Assembly (NCBI RefSeq): GCF_004010195.1 | Contig: NC_057751.1 | Location: forward strand, 4,204,961-4,235,748 | Direction: 5' to 3' | Length of the DNA stretch: 30,788 nucleotides | From: Chiloscyllium plagiosum | Taxonomy: Eukaryota | Shown here: positions 1 through 10,151 of the stretch, in pieces | Position numbering within the stretch: position 1 is the first letter of the stretch | How the letters are laid out: each line of letters begins with the position of its first letter | Notes under the pieces: model-generated | The model's database searches: none | Told to the model about the DNA's origin: nothing | What the model saw: only the letters and a program-made list of their open reading frames with translations | Made by a program: the position numbers and the translations under genes

Positions 1-420
1 AAGGGTCATGGTGAGCGGGTGGGTAAGTGGAGCTGAGTCCATGAAAAGGCCAGCCATGATCTTATTGAATGGCAGAGCAGGCTGGATAGGCCAGGTGGAC
101 TACTCCTGCTCCTAGTTCTTGTATTCTTCTATTAAATGGTGTTGCAGGCTCACACAGCTGAATTGCCCTCCTCCTGCTGTGTTTCTCTAATGCCATTCAT
201 TCATTGTCATTGGGTTAACATACAGGATCTCCCTCCTGTGGGTTTGTGGATGGTCCTGCATGCCAATGGACTGCAGTGGTTCAGGAAGGCAGCTCAACAC
301 CACCTTCTCAAGGGCAGTTAGGGATGGGCAATAAATACTGCCCAGCCAGCAGCACCCACATCTTGTGTCAGAACAGCAAAGAACACTGGGAACGTGATCT
401 GAAATTGCAGCCAGTTCGAC

Positions 421-492
421 ACAGAGAGAGAGAGAGAGACACAGACAGACAGACAGACAGAGACACACACAGACAGAGACAGAGAGAGAAGA
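421..492. repeat. Compound (AG)n/(ACAG)n microsatellite
   Basis: Directly visible. Smaller (CA/TG)n tracts at about 4990..5020, 6574..6593, 6821..6836, 7395..7410 and 13961..13997. Confidence 0.9.
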
Positions 493-563
493 GAAGGGTT
501 TCAAGAGAGCAATGGATCACATTTGTCCAGAGCACGAGAGAATGGAGACATTGTCCTTTAAGG

Positions 564-888
564 CAAGGTCTTTTCCCTGGGGTGGGGGGAGTCCATAACT
601 GGAGGGCATAGGTTTAGAGTGAGAGGGGAAAGACATAAAAGAGACCTAAGGGGCAACTTTTTCCACACAGAGGGTGGTATGTGTATGGAATAAGCTGCCA
701 GAGGAAGTGGTGGAGGCTGGTGCAATGACAACATTTAAAAGGCATCTGGATGGGGACATGAGTAGGAAGGGTTTCGAGGGATCTGGGCCAAGGGCTGGCA
801 AATGGGACTAGATTAATTTAGGATTTCTGGTCAGGATGGATGGAGTTAAACCGAAGGTTCTGTTTCCGTGCGGTACATCTCTATGATT
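564..888 (+). mobile_element. CR1-clade (HER1-like) LINE 3' fragment
   Basis: Same sequence family as 2092..2893 (agagggcataggttt...ggcaactttttc...gaggctggt...ctctatga). Confidence 0.85.
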
Positions 889-1266
889 TTAAGTACAGTA
901 GATAGATTATTTGGGGCATATTCACTGTGAACACAGTAAACGTACTGCATCAAACTATTGAGAGATGGAGAGCAGGGGAAGTACGATACAGGAAGAGAGG
1001 CTTTACTTCACAAAGTTTCTGAGTGATAATTATTCCTGACATTTGGGAAGTGTTAACCCCGTGATAACCATTCCTGTTGTATCATTGATGAGATAAATGG
1101 ATAAAAGCATTCATTTTAACTCTGGCTGTCCCAGCGATGAGAGCCTGACACTGTCCATTTCACATTGTTAACTCAAAGTCACAAATCCCCCTGTAAACAC
1201 ACTCTCTGTTGGGTTATTCTGGCTGAGATGCTCTCTCAGGGCAAGGTGGCGTTTCATCATTCTCAC

Positions 1267-2057
1267 CTGCATGTAAGCGTGGTTGGTTGGCATGAAGGTC
1301 TCATCCAGAGGTGAGGGGCACTCTCCCCCACACCTATAGGCGTTGAAGGATTTGGGGTGTATGACCCAGCCCCCCCAGCCAATCCGGTCAAAGTTCACCT
1401 CCATGTCCATCCGTCGACACAGCGATTGGTCTCTCAGTGATGTGCTGTTTCCCATGTTCAGCCTCTCCTTCCGGTTCCTCTTCTGCCTCTTGGCGTTACC
1501 CAGCTCACCAGCCCGTTGGAACTTGGAGCGCTCCACAGTCCTGAGGAGTGTGGACGGGATTCCACCCACCTCTGCCCTGCTCCTCTTGAAGAACACGACC
1601 ATCATGATCTGCTCGGATCTCCGATGGGGGGGCTTGGCACGGCTGCCCGCCCTTGCCAGTTTGGCCAACTTGCCCGGCAGGCACTGCTCAGGGCCCTGGC
1701 TTTGCCGGTGCTCTCCGGGAGGAAATCGGTGAACGTCCTGGATCCCGGGCTCCTCAGACCGGACTGGAGTGCCTTGGCTCAGCCATCTGTTCAGTAAACC
1801 AGTGAGGTCGAAGACCTGCCAACTGGAACTGGCGGTGGGAGGGTTTCCAGTGAAGGAGCCAAGGGGTGAGTAACTGTGGCAGGTCCTGTTGCCCTGGCAT
1901 TTGTAGCTGTGGATGTGGTTGATGAGGATGGTGGTGTTTGGACAGGCAGAGATAGGGTGCATTCGGATCCTGAGCTCTGCAAAATGCACAAAGTCATACT
2001 CAGCGATGGAAGTCATGTCAAAGTCAATGATCCAACTGTCCCCACTGTAATTCCAAC
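1267..2057 (-). CDS. nodal: Nodal-family ligand, coding exon 2 (prodomain, furin site, first part of mature cystine-knot domain)
   Basis: Acceptor tctcttttttcag|GT TGG joins exon 1 to give GWNYSGDSWIIDFDMTSI...AELRI...WQVFDLT. RQKR convertase site at 1477..1488. Mature region CRRMDMEVNFDRIGWGGWVIHPKSFNAYRCGGECPSPLDETFMPTNHAYMQ. Donor CAG|GTGAGA falls right after NHAYMQ, the conserved Nodal intron-2 position. No last exon (CC...ECGC) was found in 1..1266. Confidence 0.96.
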
Positions 2058-2091
2058 CTGAAAAAAGAGAGTGTGTCGGAATGAGAGAAAC

Positions 2092-2893
2092 AACAGTGGC
2101 AGATGGAGTTTAATTTAGATAAATGCAAGGTGCTGCATTTTGGAAAGGCAAATCAGGGCAGGACTTATACACTATATGTTAAGTGTCCTGGGGAGTGTTG
2201 CTGAACAAAGAGACCTTGGAGTACAGGTTCATAGCTCCTTGAAAGTGGGTTGCAGGTCGATAGGATAGTGAAGAAGGCGTTTGGTATGTTTTCCTTTATT
2301 GGTCAGAGTATTGAGTACAGGAGTTGGGAGGTCATGTTGCAGCTGTATAGGATATTGGTTAGGCCACTGTTGGAATATTACATGCAGTTCTGGTCTCCTT
2401 CCTATTAGAAGGATGTTGTGAAACTTGAAAGGGTTCAGAAAAGATTTACAAGGATGTTGCCAGGGTTGGAGGATCTGAGCTACAGGGAGGGGCTGAACAG
2501 GCTGGGGCTATTTTCCCTGGAGCGGAGGCTGAGGGGTGACTTTATAGAGGTTTATAAAATCATGAGGGGTATGGATGGGGTAAATAGACAAAGTCTTTTC
2601 CCTGGGGTGGGGGAGTCCAGAACTAGAGGGCATAGGTTTGGGGTGAGAGGGGAAAGATATAAAACGGAGCTAAGGGGCAATTCTTTCACACAGAGGATGG
2701 TGTGTGTATGGAATGAGCTGCCAGAGAAGTTAGTGGAGGCTGGTACAGTTACAACATTTAAGATGGGTATATGAATAGGAAGGGTTTGGAGGGATATGGG
2801 CCGGGTGCTGGCAGGTGGGACTAGATTGGGTTGGGATATCTGGTCGGCATGGACGGGTTGGACCGAAGGGTCTGTTTCCATCTCTATGACTCG
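2092..2893 (+). mobile_element. CR1-clade (HER1-like) LINE, 5'-truncated
   Basis: Encodes the CR1 ORF2 C-terminus (KLERVQKRFTRMLPGLEDLSYRE.LNRLGLFSLE..RLRGD.IEVYKIMRG) and the ctctatgact-type tail. Confidence 0.92.
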
Positions 2894-2899
2894 ATCTCT

Positions 2900-3300
2900 G
2901 AATGATAAGGTCTGGGTTTCTGCCCCACCTGACCAGAGCTGGGTTAGAACATGCCTGAACAAGGTGACTGCAAATAATACTGATGGGTTAAAGGTCAAAT
3001 GTGAATAATGTTGCCAAATTGGCCATGGTCTCAATGGATGAGTGACGCCAACAACACCCAATGGTGAAGGTAGGAAAGAGAATTAGCGGGGAGCGGGGGG
3101 AGGGGGGGAGATGACAGAAAGCGATGTGGATTAGCTCCTATACATTGCCCCCACTATTGTTCATTTTTCATTCACTGTGAATGAGATGGTGAGAAATAAT
3201 CAATAACGAGACTTGAGGCAGAGGGGGAACACAAAGTGAATCAAAATTCAGTCACACATTTCGCATTAGTAATGATTCTGCAGAGGGTCTGTTGGATGAA
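2900..3300. promoter_or_regulatory. Candidate nodal intron-1 autoregulatory/asymmetric enhancer (ASE-like)
   Basis: Non-repetitive-looking island in intron 1 with TGTGGATT (FoxH1) at 3125..3132. Vertebrate nodal genes are known to carry a FoxH1-dependent enhancer in intron 1. Boundaries approximate. Confidence 0.5.
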
Positions 3301-4309
3301 TTGGTGTGGTCAGGTAGGAGAGAGTGAGCTGCTCGTTACAAGAACGGAGAAGGTTCTGGAATGAACTAATCGGGGTGCTCAATCAGAGGATAGATACTCT
3401 GAAAACATGTCCTCTGCGGGGAGGATTAACAATAAACAGGACATCATCGTCCAATCTGTTTCACAATGAATGACTTGGTTTATGACAGTGATGAAAGAGA
3501 CCATTCACGCCATCTTGACTGTTCTCGCTGTCTGAAGGTGACACCCTTGTTCCTGCCTTCCCTTTCAGATACATCACTCATTGCTGTTGGAAATGTCAAT
3601 TGAAGTTGCCTGCACCACCCTGTCAGGCAGGGCATTCCAGATCACAACCACCTGCCTACGTGGGGAACTTTCCCCTCAGCACACTTGCGGTTCCTTGACT
3701 CAGATGTTCCTGATCACTTCCTGGGTGGGAACAGTTTCTCCCCCTTGACTCTATCCAGTCCCCTCATGATTTTGAAAACTTGGATCTGATCTGCTCACAG
3801 CCTCCCCTCCCCATAGCTGTCCGAATTTTGCCATCCAACCCAAACAGCATCCCAAAACCCCCCATTTCCCATCGCTAACCCAGCTCATCTGCACATTCCT
3901 GGACACAGTAGGGAACTTAGCATCGTCACGCCACCCTAACCTACAGACAGAGTCAGAGTCATACAGTACTGAAACAGACCCTTCGGTCCAATCCGTCCAT
4001 GCCGACCAGATATCCCAACCCAATCTAGTCCCACCTGCCAGCACCCGGCCCATATCCCTCCAAACCCTTCCTATTCATATACCCATCCAAATGCCTCTTA
4101 AATGTTGCAATTGTACCAGCCTCCACCACTTCCTCTAGCAGCTCATTCCATACACACACCATCCTGTGTGTGAAAATAATTGCCCCTTAGGTCCCTTTTA
4201 TATCATTCCCCTCTCACCCTAAACCTATGCCCTTCTCGTTCTGGCCTCCCCGACCCCAGGGAAAAGACTTGGTCTATTTACCCCCTCCATGCCCCTCATA
4301 ATTTTATAA

Positions 4310-4736
4310 TTTGGAGATGCCGGTGTTGGACTGGGGTGTACAAAGTTAAAAATCACACAACACCAGGTTATAGTCCAACAGGTTTAATTGGAAGCACTCG
4401 CTTTCGGAGCGACGCTCCTTCATCAGGTGATAGTGGAGCGTTGCTCCGAAAGCTAGTGGGCTTCCAATTAAACCTGTTGGACTATAACTTGCACATTCTC
4501 CCTGTGTCTGCGTGGCTCTCCTCTGGGTCGTACGGTTTCCTCCCACAGTCCAAAGATGTGCAGGTCAGATGAATTGGCCTTGCTAAGTTGCCCATAGTGC
4601 TGGGGGAATTGGTCAGAGGGAAATGGGTCTGGGTGGGTTACTCTTTGGAGGGTCAGTGTGGACTGGTTGGGCCGAAGGGCCTGTTTCCACACTGTAGGGA
4701 ATCTAGTCTAATAACCTGGTGTTGTGTGATTTTTAG
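4310..4736. mobile_element. Penelope-like fold-back terminal element (family A) with hammerhead-like core, split by a SINE
   Basis: Inverted arms centred near 4425-4430 (gttatagtccaacaggtttaattggaagc / gcttccaattaaacctgttggactataac). The right arm resumes at 4711 (ataacctggtgttgtgtgattttta). 13-bp target-site duplication. Confidence 0.75.
4489..4710 (+). mobile_element. HE1/V-SINE-type SINE, 5'-truncated
   Basis: V-domain-like core ttgcacattctccctgtgtctgcgtgg...ggtttcctcccacagtccaaagatgtgcagg and a LINE-like tail; flanked by ATAAC repeats. Confidence 0.85.
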
Positions 4737-5079
4737 CATAATTTTATAAACCTCGATAAGGTCACCCCTCAGCCTCAGACGCTCCAGAGGAAGAAATGGG
4801 ATCTGGGTGGGTTGATGTCTGTGGTCATGGTAACCGTGAAGGAGGTCAGCTTTAAATCGCAGAGTTCGCTGGTGTGGAGAGTTAGGGGCTTGCTAAATGC
4901 AGTGACAGTCAGACTGGGGGGAAGGGAGTGCCTGTCCCGGGGGGTGCGGAGAGAGTTGGTGGTAGTGCTGGCAGGTCGGGAAGGGAGGACACACACACAC
5001 ACAGACACAGACAGACAGAGGGAGGGCCAGGGAACGCGGAAAGCAGGAACCCCCCCCCACAGCGAGCCTCCCGCCTTAC

Positions 5080-5320
5080 CTCTGGCCGGCAGACTGACCA
5101 CTTGGTCGGCTTGGAGCACGGCGCTGCGCTCGGGGGCAGAGATCGCCCGGGACACTCTCCCCGTGACCGCCTTGTACAGCTCCAGCATGTAGGCGGGCAA
5201 GCTCTTGGGATCTTGCTGTGCCTTCCAGGCAAGGGGCCGGGACTCCCGGCCGGCGGCCGCGGCGGCGAGGAGGAGGAGGAGGAGGAACAGCAGCGCTGGG
5301 CGGGCCGAGTGGCGCTCCAT
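5080..5320 (-). CDS. nodal: Nodal-family ligand, coding exon 1 (signal peptide and start of prodomain)
   Basis: ATG at 5320 gives MERHSARPALLFLLLLLLAAAAAG (hydrophobic signal peptide), then LPAYMLELYK...ADQVVSLPAR, a typical TGF-beta/Nodal prodomain start. It ends at donor AGAG|GTAAGG; 241 nt, phase 1, in frame with exon 2. Confidence 0.93.
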
Positions 5321-5354
5321 GTGGACTGTGAGTGCCCGGAGCCTGCGGGAGCTG

Positions 5355-5399
5355 CTTTATAGAGGGAGCTGAGAGGCCAGGCCAGCTTCCCCACGCCCC
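5355..5399 (-). promoter_or_regulatory. nodal core promoter: TATA box and GC box
   Basis: Minus strand reads CTATAAAG (5362..5355), about 35 nt upstream of the ATG, and GGGGCGTGGGG (Sp/KLF box, 5399..5389). Both lie in a CpG-rich region spanning exon 1. Confidence 0.65.
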
Positions 5400-5403
5400 T
5401 CTC

Positions 5404-5445
5404 TGTCTGTCTCTGTCAGAATCCACACCGTGTGCTTCCCAGACA
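5404..5445. promoter_or_regulatory. FoxH1 site with flanking Smad-binding elements (activin/Nodal response element-like)
   Basis: Exact FoxH1 consensus AATCCACA at 5420..5427, with GTCT repeats at about 5405..5412 and CCAGAC at about 5439..5444; about 100 bp upstream of the nodal ATG. Confidence 0.55.
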
Positions 5446-5736
5446 AGGGGGTGGGGGGAGGCAATGTCTCCTGGTCCTCCCAGTCCCAACACTGTCACTA
5501 CCACCCCCTGTTCCACTTCTCCACTCTTCCCCTGTCTGCAGCACTGAGCCGGGAAGGAGGGACAGCCACTCCGCTCCCTCGCCCTGCAGCATTTTCTGTT
5601 CCCCCGGAGTCACTCCGAAATGCCAGCGGGCGGCTGGGCTCAGTGGAGCACTCACTCACGACCAGCAAGACACGGCCGCACCGAGGCCATTCAGCCCGTC
5701 GAGCCTGCTCGATGAGATAACGTCATAAACATCTCC

Positions 5737-6082
5737 AGCATGGAAACAGACCCTGTGGTCCAACCCATCCCTACCGACCAGATATCCCAACCCAATCTAG
5801 TCCCTCCTGCCAGCACCCGGCCCATATCCCCCCAAACCCTTCCTATTCATATACCCATCCAAATGCCTCTTAAATGTTGCAATTGTACCAGCCTCCACCA
5901 CATCCTCTGGTAGCTCATTCCATACACGTACCACCCTCTGTGTGAAAATGTTGCCCCTTAGGTCTCTTTTATATCTTTCCCCTCTCACCCTAAACCTATG
6001 CCCCTCTAGCTCTGGCCTCCCCGACCCCAGGGAAAAGACCCTGTCTATTTATCCTACCATGCCCCTCATAATTTTATAAACC
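5737..6082 (-). mobile_element. CR1-clade LINE 3' fragment
   Basis: Minus-strand ORF RGERYKRDLRGNIFTQRVVRVWNELPEDVVEAGTIATFKRHLDGYMNRKG; near copy of 3949..4309. Confidence 0.9.
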
Positions 6083-6345
6083 CGTTTACATGGTACGTTT
6101 CTCTGTGTATTTCAGGTATTTCTGTTGTGATATTCCCAGTATCAGATTCCCTTTCTTCCAATTCTGGATGTGACATAACCACCTGGAGCATCCCATCCTT
6201 CTGAGATCCGCCGGTATTCCACCCTCATTTCACTTTTATGGCTGATCTCACCATCTTCAGCTCCACTTTCCTGTCTTTTCCACCTGATTAAAGCTCAGTG
6301 TGTAACACATCCGGCCCTCTGCGGTAAAGAACCTCTGAGCCTCCC

Positions 6346-6470
6346 AGTTCTGAGGGAGGGTCACTGGACCCGAAACGTTAACTCTGATTTCTCTCCACTG
6401 GGAGACGGCCAGAACTGCTGAGCTTTTCCTGCTCTTGTTTCTGATTTCCAACATCAGCAGTTGTTTCATT
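6346..6470 (+). mobile_element. Penelope-like terminal fragment (family C) with degenerate hammerhead motif
   Basis: agtt-CTGAGGG-a-gggtc-actg-gaccc-GAAA-cg-TT-aact, followed by a tail shared with 12095..12235. Confidence 0.65.
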
Positions 6471-7574
6471 TTATTTGTTATATCTGTCTGTCTCTGCCAG
6501 CCCACAATCTGAAGGGATGTGTTGCTGTGTTTGACTGGAGGTAGAACACTGGGGTATTGACACTCCCAGACATTGTGTGTGTGTGTGTGTGTGTTCACTG
6601 TTGGTGGGGTTGCAGTGTCTGACGGTTGAGAATGCACCCCCCCCCCCCCGGTTCAGGGAGCAGACAGCAGGTGGATCCAGTGTTTGGGGATGGAGGGAGA
6701 TGGGAGCAGGGGTCAGTGAAATGCAGACTCCCATCTCCCAGAAGATGCTGCTGGGATTAGAGTGTGATCACAGCAGCTATGGTCAGGCGAGAGCAGCCTT
6801 GGGAAAAAGAGGTTACCCCAACACACACACACACACATATCTCCCATCCATCATTCAAATGGGCCCAGATACACATCTGGACAGGGCAGTGACTGGGAGA
6901 GGGAGGTCTGGTCTGCCAGCCTCCAGGCTGGGTACACAGGGAGAAATGGTGTCTGCATTGATGGGTCAGTCTGCAACAACCCCCCTCCCTTCTCCCTGCA
7001 GGCTCAGTGTACTGTGGAGTTAGCAGCAGAGATCCTCATGGGGAGGGGTGAGGTGGGGAAAAGGGGGTGGCTGAGACACCAGCTTTAAGCTGGCAACGAG
7101 GTTTGCGAAGGACCCAAACACTCAGCAACTTGCATTGAATTCCCCGCGCGGTGCCCCTCTCCCTGTCCCTGTGATAGGCAAGACGGAGCCTCCTGGGATC
7201 AATCACTCAGACTGCCCCTGGCCTCTCCAGCCCTGGGCCGAGTCCGGATTCCCATTCTCCGGGGAGGGGGACAGCGGGTCTCCCCCTGCCACCCTCACAC
7301 CTCCCCTGGGTGCTACAGAGATGTTGTTTCAGCAGTCAGTGCTTATCACCAACTTGTGTCACCACAACCCTACCCCCCACCCCCCATCCTCACCCACACA
7401 CACACACACAAACCCCAGGTCCTCAAGCCTTCCGAGGTCTGCGTGGAAGTTCCAGCAGGGAAACAGTCCATTCGGCCCTGCTGCTGCTGCTGTTCCACAC
7501 CAACAACACTCTGCTTCTCTCTCTCTCTGACCTCACTGACTCGGCCTGTTCCTCTGTGTGTTGGAATCACACAA

Positions 7575-7875
7575 ACATCGCAAATAGCAGCGGGAGTAGG
7601 CCATTCGGCCCCTCCATGGCTGATTATCCAATTCAGAGTCTTGCTTTCTCTCTTTAGCCGTAAGAGCTATATGTAACTCCTTCCTGAAAACAGCCAATGT
7701 TTGGGCCTGGACTGCTTTCTGTGGCAGAGAATTCTGCAGACTCTCTATTCTCTGGGTGAAGACATTTCTCACATCCCCATTCCTGAATGGGCTGCCCGGT
7801 ATCCTCAGACTGTGACCCGTGTTTCTGGACTCTCTGCTCATGGGGAAGATCTTTCCTGTCTAGTCCTGTTAGAAT
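7575..7875 (-). mobile_element. Older CR1-type LINE 3' fragment (second subfamily)
   Basis: Minus-strand ORF GESRN.GHSLRI.G.PFR..RN.FTQR...L.NSLPQKAV-like, with the gtaggccattcggcccc tail. Related pieces at about 1..135 (+) and 11700..12090 (-). Confidence 0.75.
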
Positions 7876-9856
7876 CTTACAGGGTGGACAGCTTCCTCTG
7901 GAACAATCCCACCTGCTCTGTTCACTTCAACTACTCCCCATGTGGCAATGATCTCCCCATTCCCACTGCTGCAAGCAGAAGGTACCAGCGCATCAGAAGC
8001 TGGGACAGCTCAAGGCATGTGCGTCTGTGGAGAGTGAAACAGAGTGAGTGTTTCAGCATGAAGATGACTGGGAGCTGAACATTTGAACCATTCAGGAGAG
8101 GCAGTGGTAGCATGATAATGTCACTGACCCCCACAATCATGGTGACATGGGTTTATTTCTCCCAAGGCAGAGGCTGATATTTGAATTAAATAAATGATCT
8201 GAAATCAAGAATGTAGCCACTTCCGATTGTTACAACAGTCGGCATGGACTGGTTGGATCGAAGGCTGCGTTTCCATTCTGTGTGACTCTGAACGTGAGAG
8301 GCAGGTTCATTTGAGCCATTCAAGCGGGACAGTGGATGGTTATTTGGATGGAAATCGTTTGAAGAGCTGGTGTAGGCACAGTGAGTCAGATAGTCTCCTT
8401 CTACCCAGAACACCTCTGTGCTTCTGAGCTTTGGACCACCCCACCCCCACCCACCCTGCAAAATTAGAAAGCCCCTTCAGTAACTTTGAACCAGGGCTTG
8501 CCAAAGTTGGGGGATGGGGGGGAGGGGAATCCAGACACCAATTGGGGTCCCTGCTGAGTTATGATAGTCTTGTTCACGCTCGAGCAGCCAATTCCCCCAT
8601 CTGACAGAATCCACTCTGACCCCATCCCAACCTACCCTTACAGGTGGAGGAGTCTCAACAGTTTTCAAACCTTAAAATGGGTGGCATTGCAAGCACTGGT
8701 CTTGATTCACAAACACTGGTGAATCGCACTGGTCACTGGGGGTGGGAGCTGCACGTAGTACTATGTTTCTGGACTCCAGGGTGTGTTAAATGCTTCAATA
8801 TCTCCATAATATTCAAGCACTGCACCATGAGCAGATGAGAAAGTGACTATTATCAATGCCTTAAAATTTCGAGTCAGATACTAAACTGCTCACTCAGTAA
8901 TGCTGTTGTTCTGAGGTTCTGCTGTGTTGTTTGAATTGTGACGGAACTTTCAAAACAAGACCATGTGAATTTGACTGTGCACCTCAAAGTGCACAGGATT
9001 TTCTGATTGCCCTGTCTAGCATTTCAGGGAACTAAAAATTATTGCAGCAAAGGTGTGCGTAAAAGATAGACTTTGTATTATTGTCTAAGGGGGAGGTGTT
9101 GCCGGGAACAAAATTTGGAATTGAGAGAGAAGGAAGGGCCTGGGGGATTCTGCAAACATGCCATGTGGGAGATGTTGTCCCACAGTGAACAGTAAAGATC
9201 AGGGGTACACTGCCTGACAGCAGCTTCTTGTAAAACATTCAAAGTGAGTTTGATGATAACATTGTGGGGAAGACTGTTCAATGCTCCTGCTAATTTCAAC
9301 TTGACTTGAAAATTCTCATCATTGTTTTCAATCCCTCCATTCCCTCAGCTGTGGCTGTGATCCCCCTCCGGCCCGATGGCATTCCGAGATCTCAGCATTG
9401 CCTTAATTCTGGCCTCTCCCACATCCCTGATTTCCATCGCTTTCAGCTCTGAGCTTCTCAAATTCCCTCCCTTGACCTGTTTGAATGAGAACTTCATTGC
9501 CTCCTGAGCCAATTGAACACACAGGCAGTGAGTTGACAGTGGGACTGGATTCCATTCCCATGCTTAATTCATCATAAAATAGCAACAGGAACAGGCTGTT
9601 TCGTCCCTTGACCCTGTTGTACTCACATTGACAAACTTACAGCATGCATACACAGGAAGCCATTAAAACAACAAGTGTACACCCATCTACAAATTGACCA
9701 CACTTCAGTCAGCACTTCGTTGGCTGGAAAGCACTTTGAGATTGAGGCTGCTGAGGTGGTGAGGGCGCTGTCAAAAGGCAACATTTCCTCAATTCCTGGT
9801 AAAACGTTGCCACCTTCTGGTGCTGGGGAGGAGCAGCAACTCCATGAAAGGAAAAA

Positions 9857-10151
9857 GTCTAAAGTCACACAACACCAGGTGATAGTCCAACAGGTTTATT
9901 TGGAGGCACTAGCTTTTGAAATGCTGCTTCTTCATCACGTGGCTGTGGAGCAGAATCGTACAATCCAGAATTTATAGCAACAGGATTACAGTGTCATGGA
10001 ATATAATATTGGAATGGAATGTTCCACAGTCACCTGATGAAAGAGCGTCGCTCCGAAAGCTAGTGCTTCCAAATAAACCTGTTGGACTATAACCTGGTGT
10101 TGGGTGATTTTTAACTTTGTCCACCCCAGTCCAACACCAGCATCTCCAAAT
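9857..10151. mobile_element. Penelope-like fold-back element (family A) with best-preserved hammerhead core
   Basis: Left arm 9857..9945 and right arm 10031..10151 are inverted copies and match the family at 4310..4736. Core cac-CTGATGA-aagagcgtcgctcc-GAAA-gc-TA-gtg at 10031..10065. Confidence 0.75.

Larger units (their letters stand above)
3949..4790 (-). mobile_element. CR1-clade LINE 3' fragment interrupted by a nested insertion (4310..4736)
   Basis: Reverse complement of the 2092..2893 family. The LINE resumes after the duplicated target cataattttataa (4297..4309 and 4737..4749). Confidence 0.88.

Noticed and set aside
1168..2016. 282-aa ORF as a complete single-exon gene
   Set aside because: It is nodal exon 2 read from an internal Met and running through the donor at 1266; the tail VRMMKRH... 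is intronic.
2418..2774. LINE-derived ORFs (also 5797..5988, 11237..11608, 12652..12849) as host genes
   Set aside because: Fragments of CR1 ORF2 in truncated, frameshifted copies; no intact autonomous element in the window.
4350..4490. Palindromic repeats as a CRISPR array or DNA-transposon terminal repeats
   Set aside because: Vertebrate DNA with no repeat-spacer periodicity. Unequal arms, long duplications and hammerhead cores fit Penelope-like retroelements better.
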